NCBI GenBank assembly: GCA_032718475.1
Contig: JAUCBJ010003176.1
Span: 1-64,000 of the forward strand
Length of the DNA stretch: 64,000 nt
DNA from: Nemertoderma westbladi
Taxonomy: Eukaryota > Animalia > Xenacoelomorpha
Direction of reading: 5' to 3'
The position numbers and the translations under genes are program-made. Under the pieces are notes generated by a model, which saw only the letters and a program-made list of their open reading frames with translations, did not search any database and was not told where the DNA came from. This document shows, one piece after another, positions 24,026 to 37,179 of this stretch; within the stretch, counting starts at the first letter, position 1; the number at the start of each line of letters is the position of its first letter.

Positions 24026-27000
24026 GTTCCATACAATCCCTATCGTTCCATACAATCCCTATCGTTCCATACAATCCCTGTCGTTCATACAATCCCTATC
24101 GTTCCATACAATCCCTATCGTTCCATACAATCCCTATCATTCCATACAATCCCTATCGCTTCCATACAATCCCTATCGTTCCATACAATCCCTATCGTTC
24201 CATACAATCCCTATCGTCCCATACAATCCATTGAGTTCCATACAATCCCTATTGTTCCTTACAATCCCTATCGTTCCATACAATCCATATGCGTTCCATA
24301 CAATCCCTATTGTTCCTTACAATCCCTATCGTTCCATACAATCCCTATCGTTCCATACAATCCCTATCGTTCCATACAATCCCTATCGTTCCATACAATC
24401 CCTATCGTTCCATACAATCCCTATCGTTCTCATACAATCCCTATCGTTCCATACAATCCCTATCGTTCCATACAATCCCTATCGTTCCATACAATCCCTA
24501 TCGTTCCATACAATCCCTATCGTCCCATACAATCCATTGAGTTCCATACAATCCCTATTGTTCCTTACAATCCCTATCGTTCCATACAATCCCTATCGTT
24601 CCATACAATCCCTATCGTTCCATACAATCCCTATCGTTCCATACAATCCCTATCGTTCCATACAATCCCTATCATTTCATACAATCCCTATCGTTTCATA
24701 CAATCCCTATCGTTTCATACAATCCCTATCGTTCTCATACAATCCCTATCGTTCCATACAATCCCTATCGTTCCATACAATCCCTATCATTCCATACAAT
24801 CCCTATCGTTCCATACAATCCCTATCGTTCCATACAATCCCTATCGTTCCATACAATCCCTATCGTTCCATACAATCCCTATCGTTCCATACAATCCCTA
24901 TCGTTCCATACAATCCCTATCGTTTCATACAATCCCTATCGTTCCATACAATCCCTATCGTTCCAATACAATCCCTATCGTTCCATACAATCCCTATCGT
25001 TCCATACAATCCCTATCGTTCCATACAATCCCTATCGTTCAATACAATCCCTATCGTTCCATACAATCCCTATCGTTCCATACAATCCCTATCGTTCCAT
25101 ACAATCCCTATCGTTCCATACAATCCCTATCGTTCCATACAATCCCTATCGTTCCATACAATCCCTATCGTTCAATACAATCCCTATTGTTCCATACAAT
25201 CCCTATCGTTTCATACAATCCCTATCGTTTCATACAATCCCTATCGTTCAATACAATCCCTATCGTTCCATACAATCCCTATCGTTCCATACAATCCCTA
25301 TCGTTCCATACAATCCCTATCGTTCCATACAATCCCTATCGTTTCATACAATCCCTATCGTTCCATACAATCCCTATCGTTCCAATACAATCCCTATCGT
25401 TCCATACAATCCCTATCGTTCCAATACAATCCCTATTGTTCCATACAATCCCTATCGTTCCATACAATCCCTATCGTTCCATACAATCCATATCGTTCCA
25501 TAAAATCGCTATCGTTCCATACAATCCCTATCGTTCCAATACAATCCCTATTATTCCATACAATCCCTATCGTTCCAATACAATCCCTATCGTTCCATAC
25601 AATCCCTATCGTTCAATACAATCCCTATCGTTCCATACAATCCATATCGTTCCATACAATCCGCTATCGTTCCATACAATCCCTATCGTTCCATACAATC
25701 CCTATCGTTCCATACAATCCCTATCGTTCCATATACAATCTCTATCGTTCCATACAATCCCTATCGTTCCATACAATCCCTATCGTTCCATACAATCCCT
25801 ATCGTTCCATACAATCCCTATCGTTCCATACAATCCCTATCGTTCCATACAATCCCTATCGTTCCATACAATCCCTATCGTTCCATACAATCCCTATCGT
25901 TCAATACTACCCATCCCTATCGTTCCATACAATCCCTATCGTTCCATATAATCCCTATCGTTCCATATACAATCCCTATCGTTCCATACAATCGATATCG
26001 TTCCATACAATCCCTATCGTTCCATATACAATCCCTATTGTTCCATACAATCCCTATCGTTCCATATACAATCCCTATTGTTCCATACAATCCCTATCGT
26101 TCCATATACAATCCCTATTGTTCCATACAATCCCTATCGTTCCATATACAATCCCTATCGTTCCATACAATCGATATCGTTCCATACAATCCCTATCGTT
26201 CCATATACAATCCCTATTGTTCCATACAATCCCTATCGTTCCATATACAATCCCTATTGTTCCATACAATCCCTATCGTTCAATACAATCCCTATCGTTC
26301 CATACAATCCCTATCGTTCCATATAATCCCTATCGTTCCATATACAATCCCTATTGTTCCATACAATCCCTATCGTTCCATATACAATCCCTATTGTTCC
26401 ATACAATCCCTATCGTTCAATACAATCCCTATCGTTCCATACAATCCCTATCGTTCCATACAATCCCTATCGTTCCATATACAATCCCTATCGTTCCATA
26501 CAATCCCTATCGTTCCATACAATCCCTATCGTTCCATACAATCCCTATCGTTCCATATACATTATACAATCCCTATTGTTCCATACAATCCCTATCGTTC
26601 CATATAATCCCTATCGTTCCATATAATCCCTATCGTTCCATATACATTATACAATCCCTATCGTTCCATGCAATCCCTATCGTTCCATACAATCCCTATC
26701 GTTCCATACAATCCCTATCGTTCCATATAATCCCTATCGTTCCATACAATCCCTATCGTTCCATACAATCCCTATCGTTCCATACAATCCCTATCGTTCC
26801 ATACAATCCCTATCGTTCCATACAATCCCTATCGTTCCATATACATTATACAATCCCTATCGTTCCATACAATCCCTATCGTTCCATACAATCCCTATCG
26901 TTCCATACAATCCCTATGCGTTCCATACAATCCCTATCGTTCCATACAATCCCTATCGTTCCATACAATCCCTATGTTCCATACAATCCCTATCGTTCCA

Positions 27001-30000
27001 TATCAATCCCTATCGTTCCATACAATCCCTATCGTTCCATATACAATCCCTATCGTTCCATACAATCCCTATCGTTCCATACAATCCCTATCGTTCCATA
27101 CAATCCCTATCGTTCCATACAATCCCTATCGTTCCATACAATCCCTATCGTTCCATACAATCCCTATCGTTCCATACAATCCCTATCGTTCCATATACAT
27201 TATACAATCCCTATCGTTCCATACAATCCCTATCGTTCCAATACAATCCCTATCGTTCCATACAATCCCTATCGTTCCATACAATCCCTATCGTTCCAAT
27301 ACAATCCCTATCGTTCCATACAATCCCTATCGTTCCATACAATCCCTATCGTTCCATACAATCCCTATCGTTCCATACAATCCCTATCGTTCCATACAAT
27401 CCCTATCGTTCCATACAATCCCTATCGTTCCATATACATTATACAATCCCTATCGTTCCATACAATCCCTATCGTTCCATACAATCCCTATCGTTCCAAT
27501 ACAATCCCTATCATTCCATACAATCCCTATCGTTCCATACAATCCCTATCAGTTCATACAATCCCTATCGTTCCATACAATCCCTATCGTTCCATACAAT
27601 CCCTATCGTTCCATACAATCCCTATCGTTCCATACAATCCCTATCGTTTCATACAATCCCTATCGTTTCATACAATCCCTATCGTTCAATACAATCCCTA
27701 TCGTTCCATACAATCCCTATCGTTCCATACAATCCCTATCGTTCCATACAATCCCTATCATTTCATACAATCCCTATCGTTTCATACAATCCCTATCGTT
27801 CAATACAATCCCTATCGTTTCATACTATCCCTATCGTTCCATACAATCCCTATCGTTCCATACAATCCCTATCGTTCCATACAATCCCTATCGTTCAATA
27901 CAATCCCTATCATTTCATACAATCCCTATCGTTCCATACAATCCCTATCATTTCATACAATCCCTATCGTTTCATACAATCCCTATCGTTCAATACAATC
28001 CCTATCGTTCCATACAATCCCTATCATTTCATACAATCCCTATCGTTTCATACAATCCCTATCGTTCAATACAATCCCTATCGTTTCATACTATCCCTAT
28101 CGTTCCATACAATCCCTATCGTTCCATACAATCCCTATCGTTCCATACAATCCCTATCGTTCAATACAATCCCTATTATTTCATACAATCCCTATCGTTT
28201 CATACAATCCCTATCATTTCATACAATCCCTATCGTTTCATACAATCCCTATCGTTCAATACAATCCCTATCGTTTCATACTATCCCTATCGTTCCATAC
28301 AATCCCTATCGTTCCATACAATCCGTATCGTTTCATACAATCCCTATCGTTCCATACAATCCGTATCGTTCCATACAATCCCTATCATTTCATACAATCC
28401 CTATCGTTTCATACAATCCCTATCGTTTCATACTATCCCTATCGTTCCATACAATCCCTATCGTTCCATACAATCCCTATCGTTCCATACAATCCCTATC
28501 ATTTCATACAATCCCTATCGTTTCATACAATCCCTATCGTTCAATACAATCCCTATCGTTTCATACTATCCCTATCGTTCCATACAATCCCTATCGTTCC
28601 ATACAATCCCTATCGTTCCATACAATCCCTATTGTTCCATACAATCCCTATCGTTCCATATACAATCCCTATTGTTCCATACAATCCCTATCGTTCAATA
28701 CAATCCATATCGTTCCATACAATCCCTATCGTTCCATATACAATCCCTATTGTTCCATACAATCCCTATCGTTCCATATACAATCCCTATTGTTCCATAC
28801 AATCCCTATCGTTCCATATACAATCCCTATTGTTCCATACAATCCCTATCGTTCAATACAATCCCTATCGTTCCATACAATCCCTATCGTTCCATATAAT
28901 CCCTATCGTTCCATATACAATCCCTATTGTTCCATACAATCCCTATCGTTCCATATACAATCCATATTGTTCCATACAATCCCTATCGTTCAATACAATC
29001 CATATCGTTCCATACAATCCCTATCGTTCCATACAATCCCTATCGTTCCATATAAAATCCCTATTGTTCCATACAATCCCTATCGTTCCGTACAATCCCT
29101 ATCGTTCCATACAATCCCTATCGTTCCATACAATCCCTATCGTTCCATATAATCCCTATCGTTCCATATAATCCCTATCGTTCCATATACATTATACAAT
29201 CCCTATCGTTCCATGCAATCCCTATCGTTCCATACAATCCCTATCGTTCCATATAATCCCTATCGTTCCATACAATCCCTATCGTTCCATACAATCCCTA
29301 TCGTCCCATACAATCCATTGAGTTCCATACAATCCCTATTGTTCCTTACAATCCCTATCGTTCCATACAATCCCTATCGTTCCATACAATCCCTATCGTT
29401 CCATACAATCCCTATCGTTCCATACAATCCCTATCGTTCCATACAATCCCCATCGTTCCATACAATCCCTATCGTTCCATACAATCCCTATCGTTCCATA
29501 TAATCCCTATCGTTCCATACAATCCCTATCGTTCCATACAATCCCTATCGTCCCATACAATCCATTGAGTTCCATACAATCCCTATTGTTCCTTACAATC
29601 CCTATCGTTCCATACAATCCCTATCGTTCCATACAATCCCTATCGTTCCATACAATCCCTATCGTTCCATACAATCCCTATCGTTCCATACAATCCCTAT
29701 CATTTCATACAATCCCTATCGTTTCATACAATCCCTATCGTTCAATACAATCCCTATCGTTTCATACTATCCCTATCGTTCCATACAATCCCTATCGTTC
29801 CATACAATCCCTATCGTTCCATACAATCCCTATCGTTCAATACAATCCCTATCATTTCATACAATCCCTATCGTTCCATACAATCCCTATCATTTCATAC
29901 AATCCCTATCGTTTCATACAATCCCTATCGTTCAATACAATCCCTATCGTTTCATACTATCCCTCTCGTTCCATACAATCCCTATCGTTCCATACAATCC

Positions 30001-32393
30001 CTATCATTTCATACAATCCCTATCGTTTCATACAATCCCTATCGTTCAATACAATCCCTATCGTTTCATACTATCCCTATCGTTCCATACAATCCCTATC
30101 GTTCCATACAATCCCTATCGTTCCATACAATCCCTATCGTTCAATACAATCCCTATCATTTCATACAATCCCTATCGTTCCATACAATCCCTATCATTTC
30201 ATACAATCCCTATCGTTTCATACAATCCCTATCGTTCAATACAATCCCTATCGTTCCATACAATCCCTATCATTTCATACAATCCCTATCGTTTCATACA
30301 ATCCCTATCGTTCAATACAATCCCTATCGTTTCATACTATCCCTATCGTTCCATACAATCCCTATCGTTCCATACAATCCCTATCGTTCCATACAATCCC
30401 TATCGTTCAATACAATCCCTATTATTTCATACAATCCCTATCGTTTCATACAATCCCTATCATTTCATACAATCCCTATCGTTTCATACAATCCCTATCG
30501 TTCAATACAATCCCTATCGTTTCATACTATCCCTATCGTTCCATACAATCCCTATCGTTCCATACAATCCGTATCGTTTCATACAATCCCTATCGTTCCA
30601 TACAATCCGTATCGTTCCATACAATCCCTATCATTTCATACAATCCCTATCGTTTCATACAATCCCTATCGTTTCATACTATCCCTATCGTTCCATACAA
30701 TCCCTATCGTTCCATACAATCCCTATCGTTCCATACAATCCCTATCATTTCATACAATCCCTATCGTTTCATACAATCCCTATCGTTCAATACAATCCCT
30801 ATCGTTTCATACTATCCCTATCGTTCCATACAATCCCTATCGTTCCATACAATCCCTATCGTTCCATACAATCCCTATTGTTCCATACAATCCCTATCGT
30901 TCCATATACAATCCCTATTGTTCCATACAATCCCTATCGTTCAATACAATCCATATCGTTCCATACAATCCCTATCGTTCCATATACAATCCCTATTGTT
31001 CCATACAATCCCTATCGTTCCATATACAATCCCTATTGTTCCATACAATCCCTATCGTTCCATATACAATCCCTATTGTTCCATACAATCCCTATCGTTC
31101 AATACAATCCCTATCGTTCCATACAATCCCTATCGTTCCATATAATCCCTATCGTTCCATATACAATCCCTATTGTTCCATACAATCCCTATCGTTCCAT
31201 ATACAATCCATATTGTTCCATACAATCCCTATCGTTCAATACAATCCATATCGTTCCATACAATCCCTATCGTTCCATACAATCCCTATCGTTCCATATA
31301 AAATCCCTATTGTTCCATACAATCCCTATCGTTCCGTACAATCCCTATCGTTCCATACAATCCCTATCGTTCCATACAATCCCTATCGTTCCATATAATC
31401 CCTATCGTTCCATATAATCCCTATCGTTCCATATACATTATACAATCCCTATCGTTCCATGCAATCCCTATCGTTCCATACAATCCCTATCGTTCCATAC
31501 AATCCCTTTCGTTCCATATAATCCCTATCGTTTCATATAATCCCTATCGTTCCATATACATTATACAATCCCTATCGTTCCATATAATCCCTATCGTTCC
31601 ATATAATCCCTATCGTTCCATATACATTATACAATCCCTATCGTTCCATACAATCCCTATCGTTCCATACAATCCCTATCGTTCCATACAATCCCTATCG
31701 TTCCATATAATCCCTATCGTTCCATATAATCCCTATCGTTCCATATACATTATACAATCCCTATCGTTCCATATAATCCCTATCGTTCCATATAATCCCT
31801 ATCGTTCCATATACATTATACAATCCCTATCGTTCCATACAATCCCTATCGTTCCATACAATCCCTATCGTTCCATACAATCCCTATCGTTCCATATAAT
31901 CCCTATCGTTCCATATAATCCCTATCGTTCCATATACATTATACAATCCCTATCGTTCCATACAATCCCTATCGTTCAATACAATCCATATCGTTCCATA
32001 CAATCCCTATCGTTCCATACAATCCCTATCGTTCCATATAAAATCCCTATTGTTCCATACAATCCCTATCGTTCCGTACAATCCCTATCGTTCCATACAA
32101 TCCCTATCGTTCCATACAATCCCTATCGTTCCATATAATCCCTATCGCTCCATATAATCCCTATCGTTCCATATACATTATACAATCCCTATCGTTCCAT
32201 ACAATCCCTATCGTTCCATACAATCCCTATCGTTCAATACAATCCCTATCGTTTCATACAATCCCTATCGTTCCATACAATCCCTATCATTTCATACAAT
32301 CCCTATCGTTTCATACAATCCCTATCGTTCAATACAATCCCTATCGTTTCATACTATCCCTCTCGTTCCATACAATCCCTATCGTTCCATACA
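24026..32393. repeat. 19-bp satellite (8.4 kb) filling a B56 intron
   Basis: Unit CCATACAATCCCTATCGTT with length variants, over 400 copies; starts about 6 nt after the exon E donor. Confidence 0.98.
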
Positions 32394-32571
32394 AACTACC
32401 AATAAGGTCGGTGTAGTTAGTTACACAGAATTTAAAAGTAAATAATTCAGAATAAACTGTAGTTTTTTTTGCTATAACGGATAGTAACAGATAATACGAC
32501 TACCATTAATGGAAACAAAATAAAATTGATTGGTCAGTTAATTGTTTACTTAATTGCCATGGATACCCCAG

Positions 32572-32699
32572 GTAGCGGAGCGAGCTCTGTACTATTGGAA
32601 TAACGAATACATAATGAGTCTTATAGAAGAGAACTGTTACAACATATTACCTATAATGTTTCCGTCGTTATATAAAGTATCTAAGGAACATTGGAACCA
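32572..32699 (+). CDS. PPP2R5: PP2A B56 exon F1 (candidate mutually exclusive exon)
   Basis: ccccag|GTA...AACCA|gtgagt, 128 nt. [42 protein letters not shown](Q). Confidence 0.95.
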
Positions 32700-33335
32700 G
32701 TGAGTCTGTGGTTGAGGTCCCTCCTTATTTACCTTGGTGTTATATCCTTTCTGGTTATATGTTATATACCTTTTGGTTATATGTTATATAGTATCTATGT
32801 TTATTTATATTAAGATCAAGTGATTGGTCAGTGTTATAATACCATTTCTGTCTTTCATTTTTCTCTTACGTCTTTCATATGCCTCACAGTATATTAGGAC
32901 ATAACCATACTCTTATATTCCGCCCGAATATTTATTTACTTCCCTATAATGCATTGTGGTTGTCCTTCACGTTAGAACTCATTCGATTACAGACGTAAGG
33001 TTTCTGAAGTTTGTTACCAATGTTACTGAACATACATTAGCTACCACAATAGCTACTGGACAATTCGGTTACTGCACCTATATTGGCTAGATTTATACAT
33101 CTGTTGCGTTGGAAAAATTGTATGCATTATGGTTGTCGTGGATATTTCCTCTACATTGGTCACCGTGGGTTGCTCTAGGGTTGTTTACATTAGTTGCCCT
33201 GGTTACGTTGTGTACATTAGTTGCCATAAATACATGGCTTATATTGGTTGCCATGGATATCTTATTTACATTGGTTGGCCTGGTTATTTTATTTACATTG
33301 GTTGACCTGGATACATTATTTACATTGGTTGCCAG

Positions 33336-33463
33336 GTAGCGGAACGAGCGCTCTATTACTGGAACAACGAATACATCGTACAAAACTTAGAGGAAAATGG
33401 GACAGAACTAATGCCCCTTCTGTTCCCAGCTTTGTACAAAATATCCAAGGAACATTGGAACGC
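33336..33463 (+). CDS. PPP2R5: PP2A B56 exon F2 (tandem paralog of F1, candidate mutually exclusive exon)
   Basis: ttgccag|GTA...AACGC|gtgagt, 128 nt, same phases as F1. [42 protein letters not shown](A). Confidence 0.9.
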
Positions 33464-34209
33464 GTGAGTGATAGTTGCAGATCATTAGATTCAATTAGAA
33501 TTAACATGAACTGATCAGAGTCATATAATATGACTTTAATTAACATGAACTCATCAGAGTCATATAATATGACTTTAATTAACATGAATTGGACTGTTCG
33601 TTATTTAGCTTATTGGCAGCAAAAAAACACATAATTTCGAAATGATAACACCACCAACCACTTAGTGGGTGAGCCAGAATTTTTATTTTTTGCTTTTAAT
33701 CTTTAGCTACAAGCGTTTAAAAAGTGTCTCTTTCGATATTGTACCACTCCCTCCGCAGTTATTCTTCAACCTTATAGCGAGTTGTTGGTACTGATAGACA
33801 GCCAGAGGATTCCAAGTATGTAAAAACATTTGGATTTGGTTGAAAATACCTGAGACATGGGCATTTGAAAGTTGCATGTATTTTCATCTGCACTGGGCTA
33901 TTTATTCTGTTTAATAAATTCCATTAATCTGAAATATTTTTCTAATGTTCTAGAACATGACTTATTTATTCAATAGAATAAATGGCCTTCAACGGTTGCA
34001 AATATATGCAACTTTCGAATGCTAATATCTCAGCTATTTCCAACCAAATTCAAATGTTTATATATATTTGGAATCCGTTCATGTTGTTCAGCTTTCCATT
34101 GGTATACATGGTATCACTATACACCATGTCCCAGAATATAGTGTCGTAATTCAGTGACACGGCCACCCCCCTACTTTTTTTTACAAATCGTAATGAGATT
34201 GCTTGAAAT

Positions 34210-35362
34210 AATGTAAACTCATAATGTAAACACAGAATGTAAACACAGAATGTAAACAAAGAATGTAAACAAAGAATGTAAACACACATTGTAAACAAAG
34301 AATGTAAACAAAGAATGTTAACAAAGAATGTAAACACAGAATGTAAACAAAGAATGTAAACACAGAATGTTAACAAAGAATGCAAACAAAGAATGTAAAC
34401 ACAGAATGTAAACAAAGAATTTTAACAAAGAATGTAAACACATAATGTAAACAAAGAATGTAAACACATAATGTAAACACATAAAGAATGTAAACACATA
34501 AAGAATGTAAACACATAATGTAAACTCATAATGTAAACACAGAATGTAAACAGAATGTGAACACATAATGTATACACAGAATGTGAACACTTAGTGTAAA
34601 CACAGAATGTAAACAAAGAATGTAAACACAATGTAAAGAAAGAATGTAAACACATAATGTAAACAAAGAATGTAAACACATAATGTGAACACAGATTGTG
34701 AACACATAATGTAAACACAGAATGTAAACAAAGAATGTAAACAAAGAATATTAGCAAAGAATGTAAACACAGAATGTAAACACAGAATGTTAACAAAGAA
34801 TGTAAACAAGGAATCTAAACACAGAATGTAAACAAAGAATTTTAACAAAAAATGTAAACACATAATGTAAACAAAGAATGATTACAAAGAATGTAAACAT
34901 AGAATGTAAACACAGAATGGAAACAAAGAATGTTAACAAAGAATGTAAACAAAGAATGTAAACACAGAATGTAAACAAAGAATTTGAACAAAGAATGTAA
35001 ACACATAATGTAAACACATAATGTAAACACATAATGTAAACAAAGAATGTAAACACAGAAGGTAAACAAAGAACGTTAACAAAGAATGTAAACACAGAAT
35101 GTAAACACAGAATGTAAACAAAGAATGTTAACACAGAATGTTAACAAAGAATATAAACAAAGAATGTAAACAAAGAATGTAAACAAAGAAGTTAAACACA
35201 GAGTGTAAACAAAGAATGTAAACAAAGAATGTAAACACAGAGTGTAAACAAAGAATGTAAACAAAGAATGTAAACATAGAGTGTAAACAAAGAATGTTAA
35301 CAAAGAATGTAAACAAAGAATGTAAACAAAGAATGTAAACAAAGAATGTTAACAAAGAATGT
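34210..35362. repeat. 13-bp minisatellite
   Basis: Unit AAAGAATGTAAAC / ACAGAATGTAAAC, degenerate. Confidence 0.95.
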
Positions 35363-35492
35363 GAATTGAAAAGTTACTGTTAATGCAGTCAATCAACAAT
35401 ATAACATAAACTAGACACATAAACTGTATGACGACTAACAACTTAACTGTATTATAAAACGTTACATTATTACTTACCGGTTCCGGCTCCGG

Positions 35493-35735
35493 TTTAGTTG
35501 CTATGGTTTCTCTATGGTACTACTCTTGTTTTTAGTTGCTATGGTTTCCCTATGGTACTACTCCTGTTTGTAGTTGCTATGGTTGCCCTAGGGTACTACT
35601 CCTGTTTTTAGTTGCTATGGTTTCCCCAAGTATTGCTCTTGTTTAATAGTTGCTATGGTTTCCTCGGCACTGCTCCTATTTTTAGTTGCTATGGTTTCCC
35701 CGGCACTGTTCCTGTTTTTGGTTTCTACGGTTACC
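35493..35735. repeat. Degenerate ~38-bp tandem repeat
   Basis: About 6 copies of TAGTTGCTATGGTTTCCC...CTCCTGTTTT. Confidence 0.85.
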
Positions 35736-36399
35736 CCTTGAACTGCTTCTGTTCTTGGTTGTTGCCTTGCCGCTTTTGATTTAATTGATTTCCTATGTCT
35801 GCATGTAATTAACTATTGTTGCTGTTTCTTACTCTATATTAATTAATGTTAATTAATTTAACCAATGATTCGCAATTTGTTGTTTATTTTAATTATTCTT
35901 ATTTTATAATATTTGTGGGTAATTAATAGTTTCTGTTTTCTGTGAATGAAATGTTTGTTTTTCTTTCGACATTAGTTTTTGGAGACTTTCGTTACTTTTC
36001 AAAGTTTGTTTGTTTGACTTATATTCTTAACTCACCTGATAAATAAATATATTAGTAAATCTGCCTATAATTATTTGTTGCTATTATATGTAGTTATTGG
36101 TTAATAATGTGTAACATTATTTTCACTATATCTATTTTACTGAGCGTAGCAAGATTAAGTGTAGTATTACCCTATTACCCAGGATGAGACTGATATTTTC
36201 GAAAATTTTCCAATTTGTTTAATCTATTTCTGTAGTTTGATAGAAAGGAAACATCGGTTTTCACCTTGGAGTAATTTTTATCACCACAAAAGGGCACTTC
36301 AAAATTTGAAATTTTCGACATTCTTAAAACTTTTTTTCATAAAAATGTTTTTTTTGAATATTTTAGCATTTTCAATATTTTCATAGATAAACTAGGAAA

Positions 36400-36836
36400 A
36401 TACCCCAGGGTCGAACGACGCAGTCCAAAAAGAAACATAATATTTGTGTAAAAAAATATGCATGCATTTATCTCAAAATATATGATCCCCAAAATATAGT
36501 CCGAACATACTAAAGCTCCCATAAATTTTTCAAAAACTATAATTTTATGCTGAAATTTTCATATCTAGGTGCTAAACTCGTGGACCGAGAACTTCAACCC
36601 TGGTGGTATTACTGATCCTTCTACATGGGATATTTTACATATAAAAGCCTGAAAATTAATACAATTTTTTAAAAAACGACCTGCACAGGAAGAGCCATAT
36701 GTTTCGAACAAAATGGTTTACGAAGCTGTCCAACATCAGTTTTCAAGTTAAAAAAAGATCACAGATCATTGTGTTAAAATTTCATAATAGTAGCTTTATA
36801 AATAAAATAAATAGATTTGGGGTAATGGACCCCTTA
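36400..36836 (-). mobile_element. Old dispersed DNA-transposon/MITE fragment, copy 2
   Basis: Inverted homolog of 16868-17340. Ends GGGGTAATGGACCCC-TTAA, compatible with a TTAA-targeting element. Left boundary uncertain. Confidence 0.6.
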
Positions 36837-37179
36837 AGAATCGAGAGCATAGTGAAAATATGTTTGATATTTAGCATACAATTAGAGTTAGATTGATATG
36901 CATCGTTGACAGTTGCCTGCTGTCGACTGTCTGTTGTCGGCTGTCGGTTGTCTGTTGTCGGCTGTCGGTTGTCGGTGTAGTATTTACATCCGGGAGTTGT
37001 TAGTTTACATTTGGAATGATTATTTATAAGTTCAGGATAAGAATATCTTTCGAATATGTGTTGGATACGGTTTGTTTAATAAAACAAACTTGTTTAATGC
37101 AAGTCTGCATCAATCACATACAGCGCCTGGGTCTATAGCAATAGTGTTAACCGAAATCCCGTCCATCTTCAGGATTTCA

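Noticed and set aside
23849-31417. 700-aa and 1715-aa ORFs, apparent B56-repeat fusion protein
   Set aside because: Only 23849-24019 is B56. The rest is read-through past a canonical donor into the 19-bp satellite, and B56 continues properly at 32572/33336.
33109-33339. Hydrophobic 76-aa ORF resembling a membrane protein
   Set aside because: It is the translation of a degenerate ~27-bp repeat in the intron upstream of exon F2.
32572-33463. F1/F2 as an assembly or haplotype duplication
   Set aside because: The copies differ at many synonymous sites and 14 residues and their flanks are largely unalignable, which is too divergent for alleles.
34050-35355. Cys/Phe-rich minus-strand ORFs
   Set aside because: Artefact of the 13-bp minisatellite.
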